DNA of 61,657 nt from a virus (Duplodnaviria; Caudoviricetes), in IMG/VR virus record IMGVR_UViG_3300009514_000025, positions 1 to 61,657 of that record. One strand, given 5' to 3'. The position numbers and the translations under genes were made by a program. Each line of letters begins with the position of its first letter. Position 1 is the stretch's first letter. A model generated the notes under the pieces. The model did not search any database and was not told where the DNA came from. It saw nothing but the letters and a program-made list of their open reading frames with translations. Below are positions 1 through 8,952 of the stretch, piece by piece.

Positions 1-2215
1 AAGGCAACACAAACGAAACCTCTACATATGATCCATCTACAACAAAAGTATCTGTTGCATTTAAAAGTTCTAACTGTGGTATATTGTCTGGTATACCATC
101 GTCATTTATATCTGTTGGCAGAACTGACAACCTATTATCGTCTGGAATACCCGCATTTGGTAAATTCTGTGCTACTAATTCTTGACCTAAAATATTATAT
201 TTCTTATTAGAACTTAACATTCCTGTTTTATTACCATCCAGATTAGCACGAAGAACCAAAATATTGTCGTCATTTGAACTTAACGTACCAAAGTTTATTA
301 TGTTAGTAGTAGTATTACTATGTCTAAATTTAGTAGTCTCACTTTGGGCATTCATTCGTTTCGTTTTCCAACGAACTGTCCAACCAGACAATTTGCTTGC
401 AGAGAACTGTGCTTCAATACGAATCATGAAGATTGGATCAGTGATTGTTGTCCCATCAACTTCCCACGCTTCATCAATTATTGAATAGTATAAATCGACT
501 TGTGGGTTTGCTGATGTTGCTGCATTATCAAGCGCGGCGATTATTGAAGATGTTTCGGAAACAGTAAAAGTAGCAGCAATTCGTTCACCTAATATATTAT
601 AGAAATCAGAGCAGCTAAGTAATGGCTCAACAAAGTTGGCCAATACTTCATTTGAAAGAAGCGCACGATTTGATATCACGAGGCCACCCGTTTCCACAGC
701 ATCTTCAAGCCAATAAAGCGCAAGATCTTCACCAAATATCTTTACATCTTCATAATATTCTTTTGGATCGTGCCATGCAATATATTTGGAATCACCAGAA
801 AATGTTCTATTAACTGCTTGTAATTTCAAAATTGATGGATCTTGTAACATGAATGAATTATAATCGCGCCCATTAACCATTCTGTCTTGTGTATAGTAAA
901 CAGATGGTGCTACCCTACGAACATGTTCAATATCTTCTGATATTGATGCATTTTGTAAAGAATTAATTAAAGAAAACGTGAACGTTAACGTTTGTGTAGT
1001 ATTAGTCAAGTCAAGATATGTAAAGGATGCTGTTTGGTCTACCACAGCAGTTTTTTGTATAATGCTATTACTATTGGCAGATGTTCTATACCAAATATCA
1101 AATTCACCAGATGGAATATCAGAGAATTCACCATCACCAAAAATCAAACGAACTTGATCTTTATCAAGAGTTTCAATTTCATACTTCTGTCTATTCGTAT
1201 CTGAGTTGAATAATATGTTTTGTGCATTTGCCAAATCAACTTCTTCCCATTCGCCATATCTACCCGAACCATCATCTAAATGGGGCAATATCTGTGCAAA
1301 TGGGTTTACTTCAAGAATCACTCGCGTATCAGCATTGACGTTATTTAACCATACATCAGTTTCATTAATATTATTGATAGCAAGGTCATGGGTTTGATTT
1401 GGTGTTACACCATCAAATGATTGTTGTTGTAATTGTAATGTTCCTTGTTTCGTAAAACAGAAGAAACCTGTTGTATCAGAACCATCACCAAGACCGTCAT
1501 TGCCATATAATAATGACATTTTTGCGTTTCTTTCTGGACGTTTTTCAACTGGTGATGTTTCTGTTAATTTAACAGGCACCAATTCCATAGAAAACGATTC
1601 GCCTGCCGAAGTTGCCGAATAATTAAAAGTAGTAATACCATTACCTTTTAATGGCTGATTATTCCACGTATAAATTTCAAACAATACGTCTTCTATTTGT
1701 ACTCGTTCATTTGGTGCAATAGTACCGAAATCTTGTTCTAGTACACGATTCATAACAAGTAAAAATTGTTCTTTCCAGTCAGAATTATTTAAGTCATTCC
1801 ACACTATCTTAGTATTAGCTAGATTTCTTCCTGTTGAATCCACTACTTGTTCTGTAGTTTTTATGGATGTAATTTTTACTAGACCACGAGCTGCAATGTT
1901 TCTGGAAGCTTTATATGATATCAGTTTTGCCAATCTAAGGATAGATTCTTTACGCTCAGCAGTCGTAATAAAGTTTTCGTGTGCATTTAAATCAAGACGA
2001 TACGCTAAAATTTCACCAACATAGGCAAAAATTTCAAGGATTGCAATAAATTCACTTGATTCAATATAATCATTGAAGTCTTCTGGGAAATATAGTTTTA
2101 CATAGTCCAGCAGGCTTTCTTTGATAGTATTATAATCAAATGCGTTGAAGTTTACTCGTGTAAATACTTCATGCGCTCGTGTCCAAGCTTCTGCTCTTGA
2201 AATTTCGGTAGCCAT
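1..2215 (-). CDS. Baseplate wedge subunit, T4 gp6-like (runs off the window start)
   Basis: Not in the ORF track. My translation from ATG 2215: MATEISRAEAW...FDYNTIKESLLDYVKLYFPEDFNDYIESSEFIAILEIFAYVGEILAYRLDLNAHENFITTAERKESILRLAKLISYK, a typical gp6/baseplate-J N-terminus; lies directly downstream of the gp25-like gene. Confidence 0.85.
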   Translation of the reverse strand, partial: MATEISRAEAWTRAHEVFTRVNFNAFDYNTIKESLLDYVKLYFPEDFNDYIESSEFIAILEIFAYVGEILAYRLDLNAHENFITTAERKESILRLAKLISYKASRNIAARGLVKITSIKTTEQVVDSTGRNLANTKIVWNDLNNSDWKEQFLLVMNRVLEQDFGTIAPNERVQIEDVLFEIYTWNNQPLKGNGITTFNYSATSAGESFSMELVPVKLTETSPVEKRPERNAKMSLLYGNDGLGDGSDTTGFFCFTKQGTLQLQQQSFDGVTPNQTHDLAINNINETDVWLNNVNADTRVILEVNPFAQILPHLDDGSGRYGEWEEVDLANAQNILFNSDTNRQKYEIETLDKDQVRLIFGDGEFSDIPSGEFDIWYRTSANSNSIIQKTAVVDQTASFTYLDLTNTTQTLTFTFSLINSLQNASISEDIEHVRRVAPSVYYTQDRMVNGRDYNSFMLQDPSILKLQAVNRTFSGDSKYIAWHDPKEYYEDVKIFGEDLALYWLEDAVETGGLVISNRALLSNEVLANFVEPLLSCSDFYNILGERIAATFTVSETSSIIAALDNAATSANPQVDLYYSIIDEAWEVDGTTITDPIFMIRIEAQFSASKLSGWTVRWKTKRMNAQSETTKFRHSNTTTNIINFGTLSSNDDNILVLRANLDGNKTGMLSSNKKYNILGQELVAQNLPNAGIPDDNRLSVLPTDINDDGIPDNIPQLELLNATDTFVVDGSYVEVSFVLP

Positions 2216-2216
2216 T

Positions 2217-2597
2217 TTAATCCTCGAATTGAATATTTAATTCAAAATCATCTACGGTGTTTAATTCAACATAATACAATTCTGCACTCACATATACAGA
2301 ATTGGTATCAAAATTAGGAGTCACTGATAAACTAACAAGAGACACCCTTGGATCATAATCAAATATTGTAAGAAGTTCAGCGTATACTTCGTCTATTAGA
2401 TCGCCATCAAGTTGTTCAAATGCAAGTTCAGGTATACTGCTGCCAAAATCAGGCATCATTACTCTGGTACCACGCGTGGTGAAAATATGATTCAACAAGT
2501 CTATTTTCACCAATTCAATGTCCCTAATACTTAAAGACTTATTTCGTTGAAATTCAAAAGTTGAATATCCTTTATATAAATTTTTGCGTAGTGCCAT
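2217..2597 (-). CDS. Baseplate wedge protein, gp25-like
   Basis: DLLNHIFTTRGTRVMMPDFGS...YDPRV motif of the gp25/GPW family. Confidence 0.9.
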   Translation of the reverse strand: MALRKNLYKGYSTFEFQRNKSLSIRDIELVKIDLLNHIFTTRGTRVMMPDFGSSIPELAFEQLDGDLIDEVYAELLTIFDYDPRVSLVSLSVTPNFDTNSVYVSAELYYVELNTVDDFELNIQFED

Positions 2598-2620
2598 ATC
2601 AAAATCCTAACATTTTCTAA

Positions 2621-2627
2621 TATTTAT
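2621..2627 (-). promoter_or_regulatory. T4-type late promoter (ATAAATA)
   Basis: TATTTAT on + strand just upstream of the gp25-like start. Confidence 0.6.
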
Positions 2628-2645
2628 CTTATTGCGGCATATGAT

Positions 2646-4112
2646 TTATCGGTGCCATTTCGGGTTACGACCCAAATCGTCGCCACGTTCTTTATGACCT
2701 ATCAAGGCATCGTCATATGATAAGAATTCGCCCGAATCTTTGTGGGTATTATTTAAATCTAAATCAGTTACGCCAGGATCGGTCATCATTCTTGCCCATG
2801 GTTCATGTTCGGGGACACGACTTGTCCACCATGCATCAAGGGCGGCCGCATCATCGGCGGCCGGACCGTTAAGGTGAATTTCCGTTCCAGTTTCTACGAT
2901 ATTGCCACCAGCCTTTATATTGACATCCCCACTTGCTTGTAAATTTAAAACGCCATTGGCAGCTTTCGCGTGGAAGTTAGTTTCTGATTTTAAGCTTAAA
3001 TTACCACCATTCGCTCCCTTTGCGTGTACTCGAACTTCATCTTCCGATATTAGATGAATACCATTTTTAGCTTTTACACGGAATGTATCACCCGCCGTAA
3101 AATTGATGTCCTTTTCAGCATGAACTGAAATATTGCGTTCGCCGTAAATATCAATATTGCCCTTTTCATCAAGTTCAATCCAAGTCTTGCCTTGGGCAGT
3201 ACTGATGTATACGCGCTCATTCGTATCATCCATAATGACTTGATGACCATGGGTTGTACGAATGCGAATACGGCAATTTTCAGAAGAATCAGACATTGAT
3301 ACAGAATGGAATCCTGGCGTAGTCCACGAATATACTTGTGGATCATATGCAAATTCTGTAGCTCCAGATAATAATCCTTCTTGTACTCTACTTTTGGCAT
3401 ATCCATGTGTATGCACTATTTTAGTACCATCTGGTTCTGTAAATGCTTCTGCTTTATCATCAGATTGTGCAGTAAATATTATTTCATCGGTCTCAATATA
3501 TTCCGCATCAACACCAGCAACACCTTTATCTGCACCACGTGTTCTATATTCGTAATTTTTTCTTGGTTCGGGCGGCGGGTCAGTATTTACAATTTTTTGT
3601 TCTTGACTCTTCTTAAATACCAAGGTTTGGTTATCATATAAAGGTTGTATTTGATTTTCTGTTGATGAAAGTGGCCCTGATGGTTCATCTGTAAGAACAT
3701 CGTTTGTTTTATATGTATATCTACCATGTGGTAACGTATGTGGTAAAAATTGATCATGCATACAACCTAAATATACGCGAAAACGCGGATCGCCTTCAAT
3801 ACATGCAACTAATGCATATGTTCCTACTTTTGGAACATTGAACATACCATATGCAACTGGACCAAATGTTTTATCATTACCACGACCACGGGATGCTGAC
3901 CAAGTAGAACCAGCCAATGGTGATATTGGTGATGCCCATGGTATATCTTCTATGACGGTTTCTTCAAGGTCACCAAAAAATGGACATGCTACACGGGCAC
4001 GTCCCATTTGTTGCGGATCATTAGTATCAACAACTCTACCTAGTGTTAACTGATCAAAATTTCCGTCAACGTCTAATAATCTTCTTACATCATCAAATAT
4101 TGCCATTACCAA
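2646..4112 (-). CDS. Baseplate hub/spike protein, gp5/VgrG-like (no lysozyme domain evident)
   Basis: GRVVDTNDPQQMGRARV OB-fold start; IRIRTTHGHQVIMDDTNERVYI..GKTWIELDEKGNIDIY beta-helix region; IHLNGP and RVPEHEPW C-terminal motifs. Confidence 0.8.
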   Translation of the reverse strand: MVMAIFDDVRRLLDVDGNFDQLTLGRVVDTNDPQQMGRARVACPFFGDLEETVIEDIPWASPISPLAGSTWSASRGRGNDKTFGPVAYGMFNVPKVGTYALVACIEGDPRFRVYLGCMHDQFLPHTLPHGRYTYKTNDVLTDEPSGPLSSTENQIQPLYDNQTLVFKKSQEQKIVNTDPPPEPRKNYEYRTRGADKGVAGVDAEYIETDEIIFTAQSDDKAEAFTEPDGTKIVHTHGYAKSRVQEGLLSGATEFAYDPQVYSWTTPGFHSVSMSDSSENCRIRIRTTHGHQVIMDDTNERVYISTAQGKTWIELDEKGNIDIYGERNISVHAEKDINFTAGDTFRVKAKNGIHLISEDEVRVHAKGANGGNLSLKSETNFHAKAANGVLNLQASGDVNIKAGGNIVETGTEIHLNGPAADDAAALDAWWTSRVPEHEPWARMMTDPGVTDLDLNNTHKDSGEFLSYDDALIGHKERGDDLGRNPKWHR

Positions 4113-4121
4113 TTATACCTA

Positions 4122-6143
4122 TTATTCAGTTTTTTCTTGTTTTATTCTTTTCAACAATTCTTCATTCATCTGCTTCACTGTATTTTTATCACCATCAGCT
4201 AAATCAATTATGGTTTCTATTTCTTCAACAACTTCAGTGGTATAGTCCACCAATGATTGCCACCAACCTTTATCTTCTTCTTTTTTGTCATCTGTTTTCT
4301 TTTCAATTTTATCTGCTACAGGAAGACTCATCATATCCAATTCCTGTAAAAATTCACCATTGTCAAAAATTTGCTTTACAGCAAATAACGTATAATATCC
4401 AGTATACCAGAAGTCTTCATATTCTGTGTTAATATCATTTGCATCAACTGGCATTTTGATATTTACCTTCACAAGAGTGGGAGTTTGTAGCCATTTTGGA
4501 TTTATTGTCTTATCTTTTTTGGGTGGTTCATTTTGCATATCTTTTTTAGGTTCATTTTTTTCGCTATCATAAAGATTGGACGGTGTTATTTGCATCTCAT
4601 TCAACAACTGTGGATTTCCATAAATTGTCATTACGGCTTCAATATTTTCTAAGGCTGCATGACGATTTAATAATGCCTGAAATGATGCACTATCTACTGG
4701 ATTTTTTGCATTTCTTCCCATTGGTTGTTTAACTTTACTACCAAGAAATAAAGGCGTTTTAGATCTTCGTTTTTTGCCTTTAGATGCGACCGAAGGTTGT
4801 CCACCCACATGTGCCATTGGAGAAGTATTACCATCTTTAAAATTCTTTTGTGCTGGTAAGGAATCCGTCGTGGCGGCAACCTGAAAGAATGTCATTGCCA
4901 TTTCCATTTTGATATCAAAATTCTTAATATCAACATTTTTGCCAGTAAAAATATAATTAAATTCGATTGATTGTCCATCAGGTGGAACGTATTCTTCACC
5001 ATTAAAAACAGCATCATATGGCATAGTTGCCATTTCATACTTGTTAATAAAGTAATCTACATAACATCCATCATGCCTAGAATTTAAACCTGATACTATT
5101 TTGTAGATATACTTTTTACCATCTTCCGTACCTTTTCCATCTTTAATTACACCATTAGAAGATTGCATTATTTTTTTTATTATTTCTTCTACGCCTATAT
5201 CTTTACCAAAATTAAAAGAACCATCTTTCGTTTTATTTGCGGTTCGAACATGTTCATTATCAGCTGCTTTATACTTAGTAGCATCTTTGTAATCAGGCGC
5301 GAAAAATCTATACTTAACAGAACGATAGTTTGCATCAAAAAATCGTGCTGCTTTATCGACAGCTACTTTTGTTGATATTTTTTTGCCTTCCTTTTCTGCA
5401 GCGTCGTATAACGTTTTCGCAAATTCAGAAACAGCCTGTATTTTATATTTTTCATATGCTTTATTTACTTTGGTTCCTAGTTTGGTAAAGGTCTGGTCTA
5501 ACGAATCTCCCGAATCTATTTTAAAATTAAATCCGTTAAATATTTTTTGTGTATGTGGAAGTTTACCTAATCCATTTATAGCGCCAATAAACATCATTTT
5601 ATATTTTGCACCAGAACTATCAAAAATAGCACTAATATCATAATTGACGAATAATAGTGGTTTAATATTTGATAACATTTCTGTAGTACCATCTTCATTA
5701 TGGCCTACGAATATTGTCTTCAAAACAAACACTAATCCAACAGGGTCAGTATCCAATTCATCGCATACATCTGTTAACCTATTGAGGAAACTTGCACCAA
5801 GTGGTTCCATGATTTCAAGTTCACCTTCAAGGGACATAGACGTTGATTGTGGTATATTACCTTTTCCAACGTAATTCTCCATCGCGATGATATTTTCCCA
5901 TGTTGCACTTGTTATATAAAATCTTGCATCTGAGGTACCATCTATAAGCGTGATGTATTTGTTATTTTCGTTTTTTCCAATTACCCGGGCCGCATATCTG
6001 GTTTTATCGTGTGGATGTTGAAAAGTTGTTATTTCGCTTGTATTAACTAGTTCTTCTGCTGCTTGTGTGTTGTTACATACCATAAGTATATGGTGGTAAG
6101 CATATGATCTAAACTTCCCAAGAATGTTATGTGGTTTTGACAT
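4122..6143 (-). CDS. Putative baseplate hub protein (gp27-like)
   Basis: 673 aa between spike and LysM-like genes; C-terminal MTIYGNP...YTGYYTLFAVKQIFDNGEFLQEL resembles hub/VgrG-type folds. Confidence 0.5.
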   Translation of the reverse strand: MSKPHNILGKFRSYAYHHILMVCNNTQAAEELVNTSEITTFQHPHDKTRYAARVIGKNENNKYITLIDGTSDARFYITSATWENIIAMENYVGKGNIPQSTSMSLEGELEIMEPLGASFLNRLTDVCDELDTDPVGLVFVLKTIFVGHNEDGTTEMLSNIKPLLFVNYDISAIFDSSGAKYKMMFIGAINGLGKLPHTQKIFNGFNFKIDSGDSLDQTFTKLGTKVNKAYEKYKIQAVSEFAKTLYDAAEKEGKKISTKVAVDKAARFFDANYRSVKYRFFAPDYKDATKYKAADNEHVRTANKTKDGSFNFGKDIGVEEIIKKIMQSSNGVIKDGKGTEDGKKYIYKIVSGLNSRHDGCYVDYFINKYEMATMPYDAVFNGEEYVPPDGQSIEFNYIFTGKNVDIKNFDIKMEMAMTFFQVAATTDSLPAQKNFKDGNTSPMAHVGGQPSVASKGKKRRSKTPLFLGSKVKQPMGRNAKNPVDSASFQALLNRHAALENIEAVMTIYGNPQLLNEMQITPSNLYDSEKNEPKKDMQNEPPKKDKTINPKWLQTPTLVKVNIKMPVDANDINTEYEDFWYTGYYTLFAVKQIFDNGEFLQELDMMSLPVADKIEKKTDDKKEEDKGWWQSLVDYTTEVVEEIETIIDLADGDKNTVKQMNEELLKRIKQEKTE

Positions 6144-6161
6144 TGTTATCTCTTTATTATA

Positions 6162-6518
6162 TTATATGCGTTTTCCGCCTTCTGGCTTGGTTATTATATC
6201 TAACATTAACCGAGTGGATGTCGGAAGATAAATTACCGCACCTGCAACTAATTCGGTTTCAGGATCAACAATATTATTATATTGGAGCACTAACCACGCA
6301 TATACGGCCTTGCCATATGCGCGATGCGATATCAAATCTGGGCGACCAGCTTCATATTCTTGAACAGTAATGATAAAATCATTATCTTGTCGTTCTAGCT
6401 TTCGCTTCTCCCACCAACCAAGACGTTTATTATATATATCTATTAAGCCGCCCTGTACTTGTCGCGAATTACGATTATCGGTTGAATTTTTGTTAATATC
6501 ATCTATAGTGAAAGCCAT
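6162..6518 (-). CDS. Baseplate wedge protein, gp53/LysM-like
   Basis: GRPDLISHRAYGKAVYAWLVLQYNNIVDP motif. Confidence 0.75.
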   Translation of the reverse strand: MAFTIDDINKNSTDNRNSRQVQGGLIDIYNKRLGWWEKRKLERQDNDFIITVQEYEAGRPDLISHRAYGKAVYAWLVLQYNNIVDPETELVAGAVIYLPTSTRLMLDIITKPEGGKRI

Positions 6519-6520
6519 AA

Positions 6521-7243
6521 TTAAAATCCTTGTAATCTGCCTTGTTTATACGCATCCAAGCTAAAACCTTCGTATGCATTAGGTGAATGTGTTTCTATTA
6601 ATGCCATATCAATATTCATTATTATTGGCATTGGAACACCTGTTGACGTAGTGATATAATCTACATCGTTGGGATATGGTATTGTGAGCTGTTGGATAAC
6701 AACTGGCACGCGATTTATATGTTGCGCGATTTCCCATACATTTGTCATAGTATCATTCTTATTGTTTCTTTTCGAACTTTTTACTTTACTAGAATATGCA
6801 CTAAGATAAAGCACAGGTGGTGGTGCACCTAGTAATTCAGCGCCATAGAAAAAATCGTAGTCTTCTTGTGTTACAGCATCAGGATTAATAAAGCCCTTGG
6901 CACGAAGTTGACGTTCATTGCGTTGTTGATCATCTATCGTAGAGCTATTACCAAATCGTGGCATACACCACGATCTAAGTGTCCATAATTTTTTTAAATT
7001 GCGGTCTGCTTCTTGTATCGTTCTTGATAAGAGGCGAATATCCGATATTTGAAAATTGCGCGAAGATGTGTTTTTATACACTTGAATTTGACCCGGTGCA
7101 TGTAATGGATCTAAGGAAGCATAATTAACATTACGATTTTCAGATACTGTAGGGGAGGCGTCAAAACTAACCGTTCTGCCGCCTTTTGCTGCAGATGTTA
7201 GCTTTACCTTATACGGATTTTCTTGATTTTTCGTTTCTGCCAT
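6521..7243 (-). CDS. Putative baseplate/tail-tube initiator protein
   Basis: GAPPPVLYLSAY and VPVVIQQLTIPYPNDVDYI motifs typical of tube-fold baseplate proteins; late promoter at 7271-7277. Confidence 0.55.
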   Translation of the reverse strand: MAETKNQENPYKVKLTSAAKGGRTVSFDASPTVSENRNVNYASLDPLHAPGQIQVYKNTSSRNFQISDIRLLSRTIQEADRNLKKLWTLRSWCMPRFGNSSTIDDQQRNERQLRAKGFINPDAVTQEDYDFFYGAELLGAPPPVLYLSAYSSKVKSSKRNNKNDTMTNVWEIAQHINRVPVVIQQLTIPYPNDVDYITTSTGVPMPIIMNIDMALIETHSPNAYEGFSLDAYKQGRLQGF

Positions 7244-7282
7244 GTGCATACCCCTAATCTATATTACTGATATTTATCATGG

Positions 7283-7311
7283 TTGACACAGCTAAAAAAG
7301 TGATATATAAT
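7283..7311 (+). promoter_or_regulatory. Consensus sigma70 promoter for the gp55-gp47-gp46 operon
   Basis: TTGACA (7283-7288), 17 nt spacer, TATAAT (7306-7311). Confidence 0.85.
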
Positions 7312-7332
7312 AACTATTAATTGGAGATAAAA

Positions 7333-7851
7333 ATGGCAAAAGAAGAAGAATTAAAAGCGCCGGCCAAGAAAAAAGTCAACTATATACGAAACAAAGACTT
7401 GCTTGCTGAAGTAATAGCCTGTAAAGAACAGGGTAAAATGTCAAATAAGTTAGCCCGAATGCTTCAATTGCTGACCGCAAAATATGGGCGTTCTTCACAG
7501 TTTGGTGGATACACCTTTAACGAAGATATGCAAGCCTATGCAATGATGATGTTGTGTAAAACATGGGTTGGTTTTAACCCCGAAAGAAGCGATAATGCCT
7601 TTGCTTACTATACCCAAAGCATTAAAAATTCATTCAAACAGTTCTTAAACCGTGAAAAGGTTCAAAGAGTTGTGCGAGATGAACTATTAGTAGATAAGGG
7701 CTTAAACCCATCACATACGTATACAATTGAACATTCTGATGCAGACCATCATTATGTACATGATGAAGAAGATCATCAACAAGTCGTGCAGGATATGAAA
7801 GAAATAAATGAAAATGATAGTTCAGAAGAATTAATTATTTTTAACAAATAA
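7333..7851 (+). CDS. Late-transcription sigma factor, T4 gp55-like
   Basis: NYIRNKDLL...FGGYTFNEDMQAYAM...FNPERSDNAFAYYTQ; sits upstream of gp47/46 as in T4-like phages; GGAG RBS favours the MAKEEE start. Confidence 0.85.
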   Translation: MAKEEELKAPAKKKVNYIRNKDLLAEVIACKEQGKMSNKLARMLQLLTAKYGRSSQFGGYTFNEDMQAYAMMMLCKTWVGFNPERSDNAFAYYTQSIKNSFKQFLNREKVQRVVRDELLVDKGLNPSHTYTIEHSDADHHYVHDEEDHQQVVQDMKEINENDSSEELIIFNK

Positions 7852-7876
7852 CATAATAAAAATAGGAAATAATAAG

Positions 7877-8926
7877 ATGGGTGATACTAAACCCACGCTG
7901 AATAAGGGTGCATTCTTTACAGATTTGCACGTAGGCGCTAAATCTAATTCACAGCAACATAATGAAGATTGTGTCAATTATATTGATTGGTTCTGCGCAA
8001 ACGTAAAGGCAGATCCAACGATTGACTATATTTGTTTCGTGGGGGATTGGCATGAAGTCAGAAGTGCAATTAATGTATTTACTTTGAAGTATTCATATGA
8101 AATTGCTATAAAAATCAATGATTTAGGTCTTCCTGTATATTTTATCATAGGAAACCATGATTTATACCACAGAAATAATAGGGATATTTATTCAGTTATT
8201 CCGTTTCACGAATTTGAAAATTTCACCATTATTGACGAACCTACAGTAATTGACAACATTGCGGATGGTGTGTTAATGTGTCCATTCCTATTCCACGAAG
8301 AATATCCCAAGTTGGTGAAATATAACAAGATTCCATTTTGGGTAGGACATTTTGAATTTAAGGGTTTTGTGGTTACTGGTTATAATATCACCATGAAAAC
8401 TGGTCCAGATCACACGGATTTCAAAGGTCCAGAACATATTATATCTGGACATTTTCATAAACGGCAGACCAGTGGAAACGTAACCTATATAGGGAATGCT
8501 TTTCCAACCAATTTCAGTGATGCGGATGATATTGAACGTGGTATGATGGTTTTTGACCATAAAAAGAAAGATATGGTGTTTTTTGATTGGGCAGAATGTC
8601 CTAAGTATATTAAAAGCTCGCTTTCGGATATTGTGGCAGAAAATATCACATTATACCCTAATGCACGTGTTAGATGCATTGCCGATATTCCCATAACATA
8701 TGAGGAAAGTCTGGAATTGAAGAAAACATTTATAGAAAAATATAATCTTCGTGAATTTTCTATTGAAGAATCCAGTGAAATTAACGAAGCATTATCAGAA
8801 ACTGAAACAAATGTTGATGACAAAGACCTTGGTACTGTTGATGAAATGGTAGTTGAAATGTTGGGAGATATTGAATCTGATCACATTAATAATGAATTAC
8901 TTACAAAGATATACCAAAATTTATAA
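7877..8926 (+). CDS. Recombination nuclease gp47 (Mre11/SbcD-like)
   Basis: Metallophosphoesterase motifs TDLH, GDW, GNHD, GHFH. Confidence 0.92.
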   Translation: MGDTKPTLNKGAFFTDLHVGAKSNSQQHNEDCVNYIDWFCANVKADPTIDYICFVGDWHEVRSAINVFTLKYSYEIAIKINDLGLPVYFIIGNHDLYHRNNRDIYSVIPFHEFENFTIIDEPTVIDNIADGVLMCPFLFHEEYPKLVKYNKIPFWVGHFEFKGFVVTGYNITMKTGPDHTDFKGPEHIISGHFHKRQTSGNVTYIGNAFPTNFSDADDIERGMMVFDHKKKDMVFFDWAECPKYIKSSLSDIVAENITLYPNARVRCIADIPITYEESLELKKTFIEKYNLREFSIEESSEINEALSETETNVDDKDLGTVDEMVVEMLGDIESDHINNELLTKIYQNL

Positions 8927-8952
8927 CATAAAAAACAAAAAATAAAAATGTA

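Noticed and set aside
28-1397. Short + strand ORFs in the track
   Set aside because: They are shadows of the long minus-strand gp6-like frame, which the track missed because it runs off the window
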